Shown: positions 52,718 through 64,000 of the stretch, in pieces
How positions within the stretch are numbered: position 1 is the first letter of the stretch
Layout of the letters: each line of letters begins with the position of its first letter
DNA from: Thecamonas trahens ATCC 50062
Lineage: Eukaryota > Protista > Apusomonadida
Assembly (NCBI RefSeq): GCF_000142905.1
Contig: NW_013657620.1
Coordinates: 157,319 to 221,318 of the forward strand
Reading direction: 5' to 3'
DNA: 64,000 bases
Program-made: the position numbers and the translations under genes
The notes under the pieces: model-generated
Seen by the model: only the letters and a program-made list of their open reading frames with translations
The model's database searches: none
What the model was told of the DNA's origin: nothing

Positions 52718-54077
52718 CTACAGGTCGTCAAGGTCGAGGTCGTCGTCGTCCGAGCCGAGGCACAAGTCGTCGTCTGAGCCGAGGCCGAGATCGAGGTCGT
52801 CCGATCCGAGGCCGAGCTCGTCGTCGTCTGACCCGAGGCCGAGGCCCAGGCCGAGGTCGAGCTCGTCCGAGCCGTCTAGGGCGAGGTCATCATCGGCTGC
52901 CGAGAGGACAAGGTCATCGTCCGAGGCGTTCGAGCCGTCAAGATCGAGCGAGTCGTCCGCTGCGAGATCGAGCGACTCGTCGGCTGCCGAGAGCACGAGG
53001 TCCTTGTCCGAGTCGTCCGCTGCGAGATCGAGCGACTCGTCGGCTGCCGAGAGCACGAGGTCCTTGTCCGAGTCGTCCGCTGCGAGATCGAGCGACTCGT
53101 CGGCTGCCGAGAGCACGAGGTCCTTGTCCGAGTCGTCCGCTGCGAGATCGAGCGACTCGTCGGCTGCCGAGAGCACGAGGTCCTTGTCAGAGGCAGGAGG
53201 AGAGGGTGACGGCCGAGGAGGAGGGGTGACGGAGTGGTCAGAGGCTATGGAGGCCGGAGTGGGTGAGACGGGAGGGGAAGGAGTGGCTAAAGGAGCCGGA
53301 GTGGGATCTGCATGGGCAAAGTCGTCGGTGAGCGAGATGGCACGTGTTGCGGGTGGTGGGGTGACAGGGCGGAAGGAGTTGTCCGGCTTGTCGTCGTAGG
53401 CATGGGTGGAGTGGCCGGCCGGCCGGCGGGAGGACGGGCCCAGAGCGTCCATGCCGCCGTCGTCAAAGGCAGCAATGGCGTCGTCAACCAGCGCATCGTC
53501 ATAGTCAAAGCAGATCTCGTCGGCGGGACCAGGACACCGGCGTACTTTTGCAGACAAAGTAGGTTACGCCGCCGACGCGGCCGCCGTGATGGCCGGCAGC
53601 ACGATCATCGAGCTCGATGCCGAGAAGGAGCCGATGCGGGACATCACCATCCTCACCGCCAGCACCCGCAGAGGCAGCGCCAACCGCACCAAGCAGGGCA
53701 GAGTCGACAGAGTCGGGATGCTGCTGGTAGCCGAGCCAGACGAGGCAGCCCGGAGCGCCGCGATACTCGACGCGGCGGTTGCGCCAGAGGCGATAGAGTG
53801 AGAGCGACGCGTCAAAGGCCAGCGCCGAGGACTTGAGAAAGAGAGCATTGCGGACACCAAAGCCGGCACAGGTAAAGTACCGCCGTCCGTCGACCGATCC
53901 GTCGCCCGAGCCGCGTCCCTCGCGGGTCTCCACCCCTATCCACTCGCCGAGGCCAAAGTGCGTGGCGCCCACAAACCGCACCACGCACCGCGTGAAGCCC
54001 GTGCGGAGCGTGGCCTGTGCCCCGACAGCGAGTTCTGTCGGGGATATGTCTGAGAGGGGGATGAATGCGCGGGGCAT
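52718..54077 (-). CDS. Tandem CAP-Gly domain protein, probably joined (by intron or frameshift near 53545) to a Pro-rich, Asp/Leu-rich acidic tail
   Basis: VRFVGATHFGLGEWIGVE...GDGSVDGRRYFTC and a second copy LGIELD...HGGRVGGVTYFVC. An overlapping downstream ORF 53557..52718 is in a different frame. Confidence 0.7.
52951..53188. repeat. Coding 60-bp tandem repeat x4 (DKDLVLSAADESLDLAADDS)
   Basis: Identical 60-nt units seen directly. Confidence 0.95.
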
Positions 54078-54647
54078 GATGGGGGTGGGAGGGGGGGGGG
54101 AGGGAAGAGGGCTGGCAGTCCGTCTGACGGCTGTGTCGGCTCCGTTGGCAACGGTGGCTGGCTGGGTCACCCTACATTGGCCGACTCAATTATTGCATCA
54201 ATTAATTGAAGCAGGGGGTGGGTGGGTACTGATGATGGCAGTGAGGCGATGTGGAGGGAGATGGCTGGTCATGGGCGTAGGATAGAGAGGAAGGGGAGGG
54301 GGGGTCTTAAAGCTTGGCTGTTGTGGCTCGTCGGGAACTGGATGTTGGCTTGTATCTCGTTGGTGTTGAGAATCGGCGGAAAAACAGATCGATAGATCGA
54401 GTCCCATGAGACGTTTACTTGTGCGGGCGGCCTGGAGCAGAGGGTCTTACCAGATTCGGCTGCACAAAGCAACATAGCCCACGGTGTATACTGTGCCTAC
54501 GATTTGATGTGGTTGGCACGTGTGTAGAATGAGTAGATCAGGCGACAGAGTGGAAGACCATGATTGTGTTCAGAGCCCTCGGCCAAATTTTTGCTCGGCG
54601 CAGTTACGCCACTTGCTTGGGCAGGTAAGGTAGCCCCTGGAGTCGCG

Positions 54648-57630
54648 CTACATGGTATCGCTTTCGGTTGAGCTCAAGCTATGGTACGCCGATGGCAGGT
54701 CAGGCGGCGGCGGCAGGCCTGCGGTGCGAATCGGTTCACGTCGGAGGACCGAAGGCAGCTCTGGCGGCGGCGGCAGTCCAGCTGTGTGGATGGTGCGGCG
54801 TCGAAAGTCTGGCGGCAGCGACGGCAGGTCTGGCGGCGCAGGGAGATCCTCTAGGGCCATCTCGCAGGGCTCACTCTGCTGTGGCTGCGACTGCGGCTGT
54901 GGCTGCGGCTGCGGCTGCTGCAGCGACGGCGGCGATGAGGATCTGACAGCAGTCACATCGCTGACGACGGCCAAGGAGGCGAGCGTGGTGCCGGAGTCGT
55001 CCAAGACGAGCGTCGAGTCGGCCATGGTGAACTCATCGAGGGCCTGGTCGCCAAAGTCAAAGACGGCAGCAGAGGTGTCTGTGGCGGTTGCGGTGGCGGC
55101 GGCCACGGCAAAGTCGGCCTCTGCCTCGTCCTGGGTCCGAATGCGATAGGCCTCGTAGAGGACAGCGCCGATGACGACGACGACGAGGGCGCTGATGGAG
55201 GCGATGACCACCAAGTTGCCGAGGAGTGGCGAGGAGGTGATGACGCCGCCCCACAGGAGAAGCTGCGAGAGGCCGAGGGTGACGGCGTCGAGCCAGTTGT
55301 GAAAGTCGGTGCCATAGGGACGGTGCTGCAACATGGCGGAGACGACGAGGACGCAGGCGTAGAACATGCCGAGCAGCGAGGCCTTGGCCACGGGCGATCG
55401 GATGGCGCAGACGGCCAGCGCCACCGCTAGCTTGCGGGCCATGATCATCAGCTCATACCAGTAGAGATGCGGCTTGTAGCGGGCGACGAGATAGGCGTAG
55501 CGCGAGCCAAAGGTTAGGTCGTCGAGCCGGGCGTGTTCGCGCCACAGCAGGGCGCCGAGAGCCAGCGGGATGGAGAGCGCGTAGAAGAGGGCGATCGAGA
55601 GGATGAGCGGGAGGAGCGACCACCACGAGCTGGTGTAGCAGCGGCGCTGCGGATTTGTGGTCATGACGACTATACCACCACCCACATCGGTGCAGTCGAC
55701 GTAGCGGAGGGCAGAGAACATGACAGGCAGGTAGAGGAGGAGGATGGTCTGCGAGTAGCCGCGAGCGGCGGCGCCAAAGGCCTGGCGGGTGCAGGCCATG
55801 TAGGATCTGCGCGGCTTGCTGCGGGTGAGGCTGCAGATGAGCCAGGCGGTGAAAGCGAGGGCCACCATGGAGAACGGGATGATGAGAACGATGGGCATGA
55901 GCATGGTGGCGGCCCACTTGAACATCCACACGTCGCCGACGTCCAGGCCGCACTCGGGCGAAGCGAGATCAAAGTTGAGGTTGAAGAGCGAGACAATGTC
56001 AAAGACAGCCTGGGCTATCGGGTGCCAGTCGAGCTGGATGGTGCCGTAGATGGCGACGGCCTGCAGCGTGTTGAGGGCGATGACAAAGGCGGCGTAGCCG
56101 TAGATCTTTGTGTTGCGGTTGTTGATCCACACGACGGCCACGACAAAGGCAAACACCATGGCGAGCAGCACGACCAAGACCAGGGCATTTGAGCCCGAGC
56201 ACTTGCGGCAGGTGTTGCCGAGCCGGTAGTAGTTGGAGGCGCACTGGGCGCAGAGCCGGCCCTGGTAGCCTGTGGCGCAGCGGCCGTCTCCGATGCACGA
56301 CTGCGGGCGCGGACATGCGACAAAGGCGCTGCGGTCGTCCGAGGCCTCGTAGCCTGGGGCGGCTCTCGGCGGATCGTCGCCGCCCGCGCATTGTGCGCCG
56401 GCGAGGCACGGAATGCACGCCTTGCCGGGAGCGCGCGGGCCCGGGCCGTACCAGAACATGGGAAGGCAGGAGCAGTTGAGGAAGGAGGTCGCGCTCGCGG
56501 ACGAGGTTGTAAACTCGGGGCAGGCGGAGCAGGCCACGACGTTGACGGCGTCCGAGTAGGTGCCAGCGGCGCAGTCTGCGCAGAGCCCACCCTCGGCGAT
56601 GGCGGTGCCGGGCAAGCAGGTTTCGGCGGCGTTGACGACAAAGGGCGAGCCGCGGATGTCTTTGCCGAAGAGGCGGACAAGCAGGGTGTACGCTCCGCCC
56701 TCGGTGACCTTGAGGTCAAAGGTCAGCACGCCGTTTGCCAGGCTAAAGTCGGAGATGGTGATGGTGGCGATGCCGAGCTGCAGCACAATGTCGACGTCGG
56801 AGGCGGTCGGCATGGTGGCTGCCGGGTTGCCGTACGCGTCGCCGATAAAGATGGCAAACTGCGCAGCGACGTCGGTCTCTAGCAGCACGGTGCCGCTCAG
56901 TGGCGCGTCGACGAGGTACGAGCCTGGGCCGGCGGCGGGACCGGGGCTCACCACGGCGTCGACGGTGACCATGCCGTTGATGAAGAGCCTGCCGTTGACG
57001 CCGAGCCTGTAGTGGTAGACGCCGGCGACAGTCGGGGCTGCGGCGGTAACGATGTAGGAGCCGGTCTCGACAAACTGAGTGTGTGTGACCATGTCGGCTC
57101 CGTCGAGGCTAATGACAGCCAGGCCGCGATCGCCGCCATCGCCAGCCGGTAGGCCGCTGACGTGGCGCAGAGCGAGGTTAAAGGTGAAGGAGCTGCCGGC
57201 GACGAGCTGCAGTGGCTGGGCCGCCGTCATGGTGGCAAAGCTGCGGCCTATGTCAAGGGTGGAGCAGAAGGGCGTGTAGGAGGACCAGGCGGAGTCTGCG
57301 GTGCAGACGATGGGGTTGGGCCCGACGATGGTGAGGTTTGTGGCGGCAGGGCAGGCGAAGCGGCACGACTCGCCAAAGATGCCCGGCGTGGACGGCGATG
57401 TGGCGTTGGAGCAGATGTACGAGCTGTCGGCGGGGGCGGAGAGTGGCGGACACGAGACGGAGCGGCAGACGGCAGGCGAGCCGGACCAGACGCCATCGAC
57501 GCAGGTCCGGATCTTACTCCCGGCCACCAGCGATGTGGTTGGCGCGCAGGTTGTCGTTGCCACCGAGTCGGCGTAGCCGAGGTTGGAGAACGCGATGGTG
57601 CCGTTGGCAGGCGGCGGGAGGAGTGTGCAT
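54648..57630 (-). CDS. Large surface protein: sushi/CCP + filamin/Ig-like + Cys-rich GCC2/3 repeats + multi-TM domain (5' end uncertain, near or in the gap)
   Basis: GSKIRTCVDGVWSGSPAVC (sushi), GGAYTLLVRLFGKDIRGSPFVV (filamin), CADCAAGTYS, ACPRPQSC, TM block YAYLVARYKPHLYWYE. Confidence 0.82.
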
Positions 57631-58479
57631 GCGAACGGGGAGGGAGGGGGAGGAGGGGATTGTAGTAATGGTGGTGGTGGTGGTGGTGGTGATGGTGGGG
57701 GTGGCGATGGTGGGGGTGGGGTGAGTGGTGGAGGGGTGGAGCTGGCGATGGTGGAGGGGTGGAGCTGGCGATNNNNNNNNNNNNNNNNNNNNNNNNNNNN
57801 NNNNNNNNNNNNNNNNNNNNNNNNNNNNNNNNNNNNNNNNNNNNNNNNNNNNNNNNNNNNNNNNNNNNNNNNNNNNNNNNNNNNNNNNNNNNNNNNNNNN
57901 NNNNNNNNNNNNNNNNNNNNNNNNNNNNNNNNNNNNNNNNNNNNNNNNNNNNNNNNNNNNNNNNNNNNNNNNNNNNNNNNNNNNNNNNNNNNNNNNNNNN
58001 NNNNNNNNNNNNNNNNNNNNNNNNNNNNNNNNNNNNNNNNNNNNNNNNNNNNNNNNNNNNNNNNNNNNNNNNNNNNNNNNNNNNNNNNNNNNNNNNNNNN
58101 NNNNNNNNNNNNNNNNNNNNNNNNNNNNNNNNNNNNNNNNNNNNNNNNNNNNNNNNNNNNNNNNNNNNNNNNNNNNNNNNNNNNNNNNNNNNNNNNNNNN
58201 NNNNNNNNNNNNNNNNNNNNNNNNNNNNNNNNNNNNNNNNNNNNNNCGCATCGTCGACAAGACAGTCAGTCAGATCTTCACACCCGAGTCCGTAGCGAGC
58301 AAGAGGCAGCAGTGACAGTGCGAGCAATGGCAACGGCGACAGCGCGGGCAACGGCAGCAGATAGGGGTGAGTGAGTGGGTGAGGGATCGAGTGAGTGCAG
58401 GCGACACAGGCCAGAGAGTTGTGGGCATTGCAAGCGGCGAAAGCGGTGCCTCGTGCCTATGCTGATGCCTATGCTGATG

Positions 58480-58564
58480 CCTGTGCCTGTGGCTGTGGCT
58501 GTGGCTGTGCCTGTGCCTGTGGCTGTGGCTGTGCCTGTGGCTGTGGCTGTGCCTGTGCCTGTGG

Positions 58565-58596
<32 letters not shown>

Positions 58597-58820
58597 TGTC
58601 GGTCTCGCCTCACTCGTCCACCGCGTACCAGTGAAGTCGTTGCACGGAGTTTGGGGCGCACACACCGACTAATGCTGCACGTGTCACGGACAGAGGTGCG
58701 GTAGTGTGCGGTAGTGTGTGGTTGTGTGCGGTAGTGTGTGGTTGTGTGTGGTTGTGTGTGGTTGTGTGTGATTGTGTGCGGTAGTGTGTGATTGTGTGTG
58801 GTTGTGTGTGGTTGTGGTGT
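58480..58820. repeat. Microsatellites (tgtgcc/tgtggc)n and (gtgtgtggtt)n
   Basis: Seen directly. Confidence 0.9.
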
Positions 58821-59180
58821 CGCCGTTGCCACCTCCCCTCCGCACACGTGCGGAGAGTTTTCGACCCTTTTTTTCGGCACATGTCTGTCACGCCGCAGCG
58901 GTGGGTGGCCATGGGCCGGCTGTGGGCCATTGGCTGGCTGTGGGGGCAACGACGGGCCTCTTAGAGATGGAGATGGAGATAGTCTCGCTGGACTCGGTGT
59001 TGTGAGCAGAGGATGAGTATGGATGCTGTAAGAGGTGTTGTTGTCGGTGTAGTCCGCGGGCAGGAGGATGCGCCGGGTCGGCGATCGGCGTCGCATGGCT
59101 GCAGCGTGAGGCGGGAGGGCGGCGTGCCCGTGACGCCGGGCGCGGCAAATGGCGCCCATCTGCGGCATGGCCGAGTTTGC

Positions 59181-60867
59181 ATGGTGATGGACGGGGAGAT
59201 GAGCGGGCGCGAGGATGGGCTAGTCCCGCGGCATGCTCGGGAGGACTATGGGAAGGAACAGGCTGGCGTGTGCAGGAGGGCGACAACGTCGGAGCGGTCG
59301 TTTCGTGAGGCCATGCTGATGGAGATGAGGATGGTGGTGGGGATCGGATCGGCGCCGGAGTTCTTGACGTTCTTGTTGCTGTCTGCGCTGCGGTCACTGG
59401 TCTTGGATTTCGTCCGCTCGTTGACCTTGACCATGCGCGGCCAACGTTGGCCTTGGTGGGCCCAGCCCGCCCGCCATCCTCACCATCCCTACTCGCTGGC
59501 GCCCGCTTCACCGGCATCCATTCCATCTGGCTCGCATCGACCGTTTTTGGCCGGGCTCTGGCCCATGCCTCCATCATCGAGCCGATCAATCTTCTCCGGA
59601 TCTCGCTTCCTGTCTCATCCAATTCATCATCTGCTTCACAGCCGTACCCGGCTCGCGCGATCGGTCGGTCCTCGACCACTCGGGCGCACTCTGCTGCACG
59701 CCCGAGTAGTGGTTGTACCTTCCGGTGGCGCACATCGTCAGCATGGTGGTGGTCATCGGGCTTCCGGCCACGGCCGCCATGGCCCTCGCCCGTCCGCATG
59801 CAGATCGTCCACCGGCACGTCCCGCCGCACTCGTGGTACGTCCTCGCCGTCTTTTACGCCGTCGCTTCGATCATCGAGGGCGTTGGCCTCTGGGTCAAGC
59901 ACCCCATCGCCGCCTCGGCCCTCCTCGTCGACCACAGCGGCGGCGATGAGAGCAATGTCGAGGGTGACGACGTCCACGATGCGCGCACCGGTAGCCACAT
60001 CGCTACTTTAGGCTTGGACAGAGGCGACGTCCCACCCGTCTCAGGCCGCGCCGTCCACCGCAGGATCTCCGACCTTTTCGCGCGGTGGAGCGCGCCGGTG
60101 GTGACGACAATCGCGCCAAGCTGCGGCTTTGCCAGCGAGTTTGCCCTCGCGCTCTTCCTGGCCGCCGCCGATCTTGCCGACGGCGACGTCCTGCTCATCC
60201 TGCCTTCGATCGTCGTTGAGCCCCCACCGTTCCCTTGCGTGTTTCTGGCCAATACAAGCGGCACCGCAGCCAGAGCCGAGAGATAGTGTTCTGCCACGTT
60301 GATAGGGTGTGGTCACTGCGGCGCCCGCGGGCGCAGCGATCGGCCTTGGTCCTCGTGCTGATATACCAGAGGAGGAAGAAGACCAAAGGCGCGCGACGGC
60401 GAAACAGACGCTGCGGGCGGTGGTGATGGAGGCGGTGGCCGATGTATGCAAACGCGCGCAACGTGGTCACCATCTTGCACGGGACTTTCATCGCGTCAGG
60501 CATCGGCGTCATGCCGTACGCGTCGATTGCCCCAGACCGCATCCACAGCGCTCCGCACGGAGCGCAGGCGCGCGTGCAGGCAATCTCGTTATGGTGGACC
60601 ACCCGCCCGCTCAACGACTACCAGAGGCAGCCAGATGTGCTTGCCGAATCGTCGGCGCATCGGCTTATTCGCGAGATCCGGATCATTGTCTCGGGTGCGT
60701 TGCCGTCGGCACCCGCAGTTTCCCTACACGGTCGGCTACGCTGCGGCGCATCACAAAGCCTCCACGCTGCTGGGCGTGTTTTACTGCGGCATTGCGTCGC
60801 CCGCAGACGATGTCCCGGCGGCGGTGTGGGCGCTGCGGCACACCACGAGGAGAGTTTTGAGCCGTAG
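59181..60867 (+). pseudogene. Possible frameshifted membrane-protein pseudogene
   Basis: Hydrophobic, coding-like segments alternate between the three + frames (FLTFLLLSAL; LYLPVAHIVSMVVVIGL; WYVLAVFYAVASII). No family recognised. Confidence 0.35.
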
Positions 60868-60869
60868 GA

Positions 60870-63284
60870 CTAGCGGCGTGCTTGGAAGATAGCGATGGCC
60901 TTGTCGACGTGCTGGAGGATGTTGGCGCGGTCGGCCTGGAAGGCGGCGATGTTGCCCGTGGCGATGGTGACGTGATCCCTGACGTCGGCGAGCTCGACCT
61001 TGGTGTCGGCGAGCTCGGCCTTGGTGTCGGCGAGCTCGGCCTCGAGTTTGTCCACGCGAGTGGAGGTCCCAGCAGAGGCGCCTGCACCGCTGCTATTGTC
61101 GCCACCGGCAGCGATGGCCTCACGGACGTGGTCAGCAACACGCTCCGGGATAGAGCTTGTACCAACGATGAGGTTGTAGACTTCCTTTGTAGCCAGATTA
61201 TTGGCGCTGTCGGACTTGTTGAGCACAGCCGAGGCAATTGACATGGCCGTCTCGCCGTTGGTCCCGAGAGCCCACACATCGGCACCCGCGGCGAGCAGTG
61301 CCATGGTTGCGAGGATGTTGGAGGGCGAGACGGCGACGTGGAGCGGGCGCAGTCCAAGGGACGGTTCGACGGCGTCGATGTCGGCGCCGGAGTTGATGAG
61401 GAAGNNNNNNNNNNNNNNNNNNNNNNNNNNNNNNNNNNNNNNNNNNNNNNNNNNNNNNNNNNNNNNNNNNNNNNNNNNNNNNNNNNNNNNNNNNNNNNNN
61501 NNNNNNNNNNNNNNNNNNNNNNNNNNNNNNNNNNNNNNNNNNNNNNNNNNNNNNNNNNNNNNNNCGGGAGCAGCTACGTACACGTGCGTGTGTCCGGCTG
61601 CAGCGTGAAGGGATCGAGACCAACTCCGCCCAGCTCGGCCCATAGCTCAGCTGTCAGCTGGTTCGCGGCGATAATGGTGTCGAGCACAGTGGCGCTGTTT
61701 CCGTCGACGGCAGACTGGTCGAGGACGACATCCAGGGCGGCGACTGCCTCGAGGAGAGCCTTGAGGGCACCATGTTTGGCCAGGGTAAAGGCGACATGAA
61801 AGACGGGCGTATTGAACGTGGGTTCAACAGCGTTGACGTCTGCACCAGTGGTGACGAGCTCGGAGACGATGTCGGCTGAGATCGGGACGGTGGGTGAGGC
61901 GCGGAGGGCGACAAAGAGGGCAAGAGTGGCCTTGTTGATGCCGCTGGTTAGCTCGGTGGCGCCGTCGCCATGCTCGCGGATCCAGGCGACCATCGCAGAT
62001 GAGAACGCTGCAGATCGCTTCGCGGGAGCAGCTACGTACACATGCGTGGCGTCCGGTTGCAGCGCAAACGGATCAAGACCAACTCCGCTCAGCTCGGTCA
62101 TCCGCATAGCCGTCAGCTGGTTCGCGGCGATAATGGTGTCGAGCACAGTGGCGCCGTTTCCGTCGACGGCAGACTGGTCGAGGACGATGTCGAGGGCGGC
62201 GACTGCCTCGAGGAGAGCCTTGAGGGCACCGTGCTCCGTGTTGGCAGCCGCGACATGAATGACGGGCGTATTGAACGTGGGTTCAACAGCGTTGACGTCT
62301 GCACCAGCGGTGACGAGCTCGGAGACGATGTCGGCTGAGATCGGGACGGTCGGTGAGGCGCGGAGGGCGACAAAGAGGGCGAGGGTGGCCTTGTTGATGC
62401 CGTTGGCGAGCTTGGTGGCACCGTCTGCGTTGGCCCGCAGCGACTCGATCATGAGGCCGACAAAGACCGGTGCAGAGAATGTGGGCGAGTGCACGTACGC
62501 GTGCTTGTTGTCATCATCGAGATCGTAGAGGTCTGCGCCGTTGGCAAGCAGCGTGTTGAGCGCGCTGAGGGAGAGGAGGTTGCAGCGGTCTATGGCATGC
62601 ACCGGATGGGGCTGGGCCTGAGCAACGTCAAGCAGAGCACGGGCGTGCTGCGATGCAAGGAAGTCTGGTTGGACGATGGCAGTGCGTGCGCGATGCAAGT
62701 CGAGGGTAACCTTGGAGCAGGAGGACAAGTTGAGGGTTGTGAGGTTGGGGCAGCCACCGGCGAGGGCGACCACTGCCGCATCAGTGATGTTGGAGCAGTT
62801 GTCCAAGCCGAGGGTTGTGAGGTTGGGGCAGCCACCGGCGAGGGCGACCACTGCCGCATCGGTGATGTTGGAGCAGTATTCCAAGTAGAGGGTTGTGAGG
62901 TTGGGGCAGCCACCGGCCACCGCCACCACTGCCGCATCGGTGATGTTGGAGCAGCTAAACAAGTTGAGGGTTGTGAGGTNNNNNNNNNNNNNNNNNNNNN
63001 NNNNNNNNNNNNNNNNNNNNNNNNNNNNNNNNNNNNNNNNNNNNNNNNNNNNNNNNNNNNNNNNNNNNNNNNNNNNNNNTGATGTTGGAGCAGCTAAACA
63101 AGTCGAGGGTTGTGAGGTTGGGGCACATCTCCGCCACCACCATGGCCATGGCGTCGGTGAAGGACTCATTGTAACTCGCCCCCACCTCGCCCACGCCCAC
63201 GCCATTCCCCAGAGCCCTCCTCACCTCCTCCACCGTCCTCGCCTTCTTCACGTCCACCTTCCGTCCAGCACCATTCGCAGCCAT
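60870..63284 (-). CDS. Cys-containing LRR (AMN1/FBXL-type) + ankyrin-like repeats + C-terminal coiled coil; two gaps and one frameshift near 61590
   Basis: 78-bp repeats encoding CPNLTTLxLxxCSNITDAAVVALAGG; ankyrin-like LVTAGADVNAVEP and RPLHVAV...LLAAGAD; heptads ELADTK; about 458-bp internal duplication (61565.. vs 62023..). Confidence 0.8.
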
Positions 63285-64000
63285 ACTCCCTCTCCACTCT
63301 GTCAGATAGAGAGGAGTGCCTTCCCCACCTTCCCCATACCCCCCCGCGACCCACCCACTCACACAGCCATTCGGCAGAAATCAAAGCCATCCAAAAGAGT
63401 TGACTCTGATCGTGTCAGGCAGGATCACAGCCCCCTCCACCACTCAGACACCCCCACCATACTCATTCCCCACTTGTACATCCTCTCGATCACCCTCTAT
63501 ACATCCCCATGGTCCCGTATCCATCATTCCCGTCAGACCACCCCGTCACCCTCCATTGGTCGTCCCGGCACTGACGTCAATCTCGGCACTGTGACGTCGT
63601 GCCCTTCCCTGCCCCGTCTGCCGGGAAGCCCTGCCACCACCCGCCACCGCCCGCCCCTTCCACCCGCTCCGTCGGATGGGTCTCTGCCTTGATCACCTCC
63701 GCAATGATCTCGCTCTTCCCTCTCCAGGGCATGCCTCTCCGTCGGCCTCTCTCCAACTCGTCCCTCCGCCAGACGTCGTCGATGAATTCTGCGGACATGC
63801 CCAACACGCTGCTGTGCTTGTGGGTGTCTCGATCAACGTCTGCTGGCCACTGCGCCTCGGTCTTGCCTAACTTCTGCTCGGGTTCGGGGCCTTCGGGCCC
63901 GGCCGAACGCCGGGGGTGGGTCACTGTGCTGATTGACGTGATCCGGCAGGCAGAGATGGCGAGCGCGATAGATGCGAGGACATCTCGAGCCGTCAAGCGA

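Noticed and set aside
58247-58351. Possible upstream exon (signal- or EGF-like GLGCEDLTDC) of the 54648 surface protein
   Set aside because: No ATG or verifiable splice connection across the gap.
63577-63996. 139-aa ORF at the window end
   Set aside because: No recognisable motif; cannot be supported.
1-64000. tRNA, rRNA, Y RNA or vault RNA genes
   Set aside because: None recognisable by eye; would need tRNAscan-SE or Infernal.

Overview
A GC-rich, gene-dense, intron-poor eukaryotic (protist) genomic window with seven N gaps (6768-7143, 21489-21893, 33435-34092, 49570-49669, 57773-58246, 61405-61564, 62980-63079). The gene content (axonemal dynein LC1, talin, PKD2, Cys-rich multi-TM and LRR families) fits a flagellated opisthokont relative such as an apusomonad; this is inference only. 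About 27 coding loci are recognisable: PKD2, an Ssu72 fusion, DNAL1, two tandem bacterial-type bestrophins, UPF2, a PhnP-like MBL hydrolase, an NTT/TLC nucleotide transporter, a divergent CK2-alpha, an HDAC3-like deacetylase, two Cys-rich multi-TM proteins, talin, NDUFC2/B14.5b, GMF, RagC/D, a RUN + Rubicon-homology protein, SF3A1, SLC25A43, a CaMKK/GRIK-like kinase, a TROVE-TerD protein, a CAP-Gly protein and an LRR-ankyrin protein. There are also two internally deleted piggyBac copies and several minisatellites. Highlights: (1) a TEP1/Ro60-type TROVE-vWA protein with a bacterial-type TerD domain apparently inserted inside its vWA domain, plus an F-box-like N-terminus; (2) a BRWD/PHIP cryptic-Tudor (H3K4me reader-like) domain fused in frame to the Pol II CTD phosphatase Ssu72; (3) a CK2-alpha paralogue whose basic substrate-binding cluster has become acidic; (4) an NTT-type transporter in an apparently non-photosynthetic eukaryote; (5) all eight inferred intron donors read GTAC; (6) convergent genes abut or overlap while divergent intergenic regions are filled with minisatellites. 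All family assignments come from motif recognition by eye; no database searches were run.
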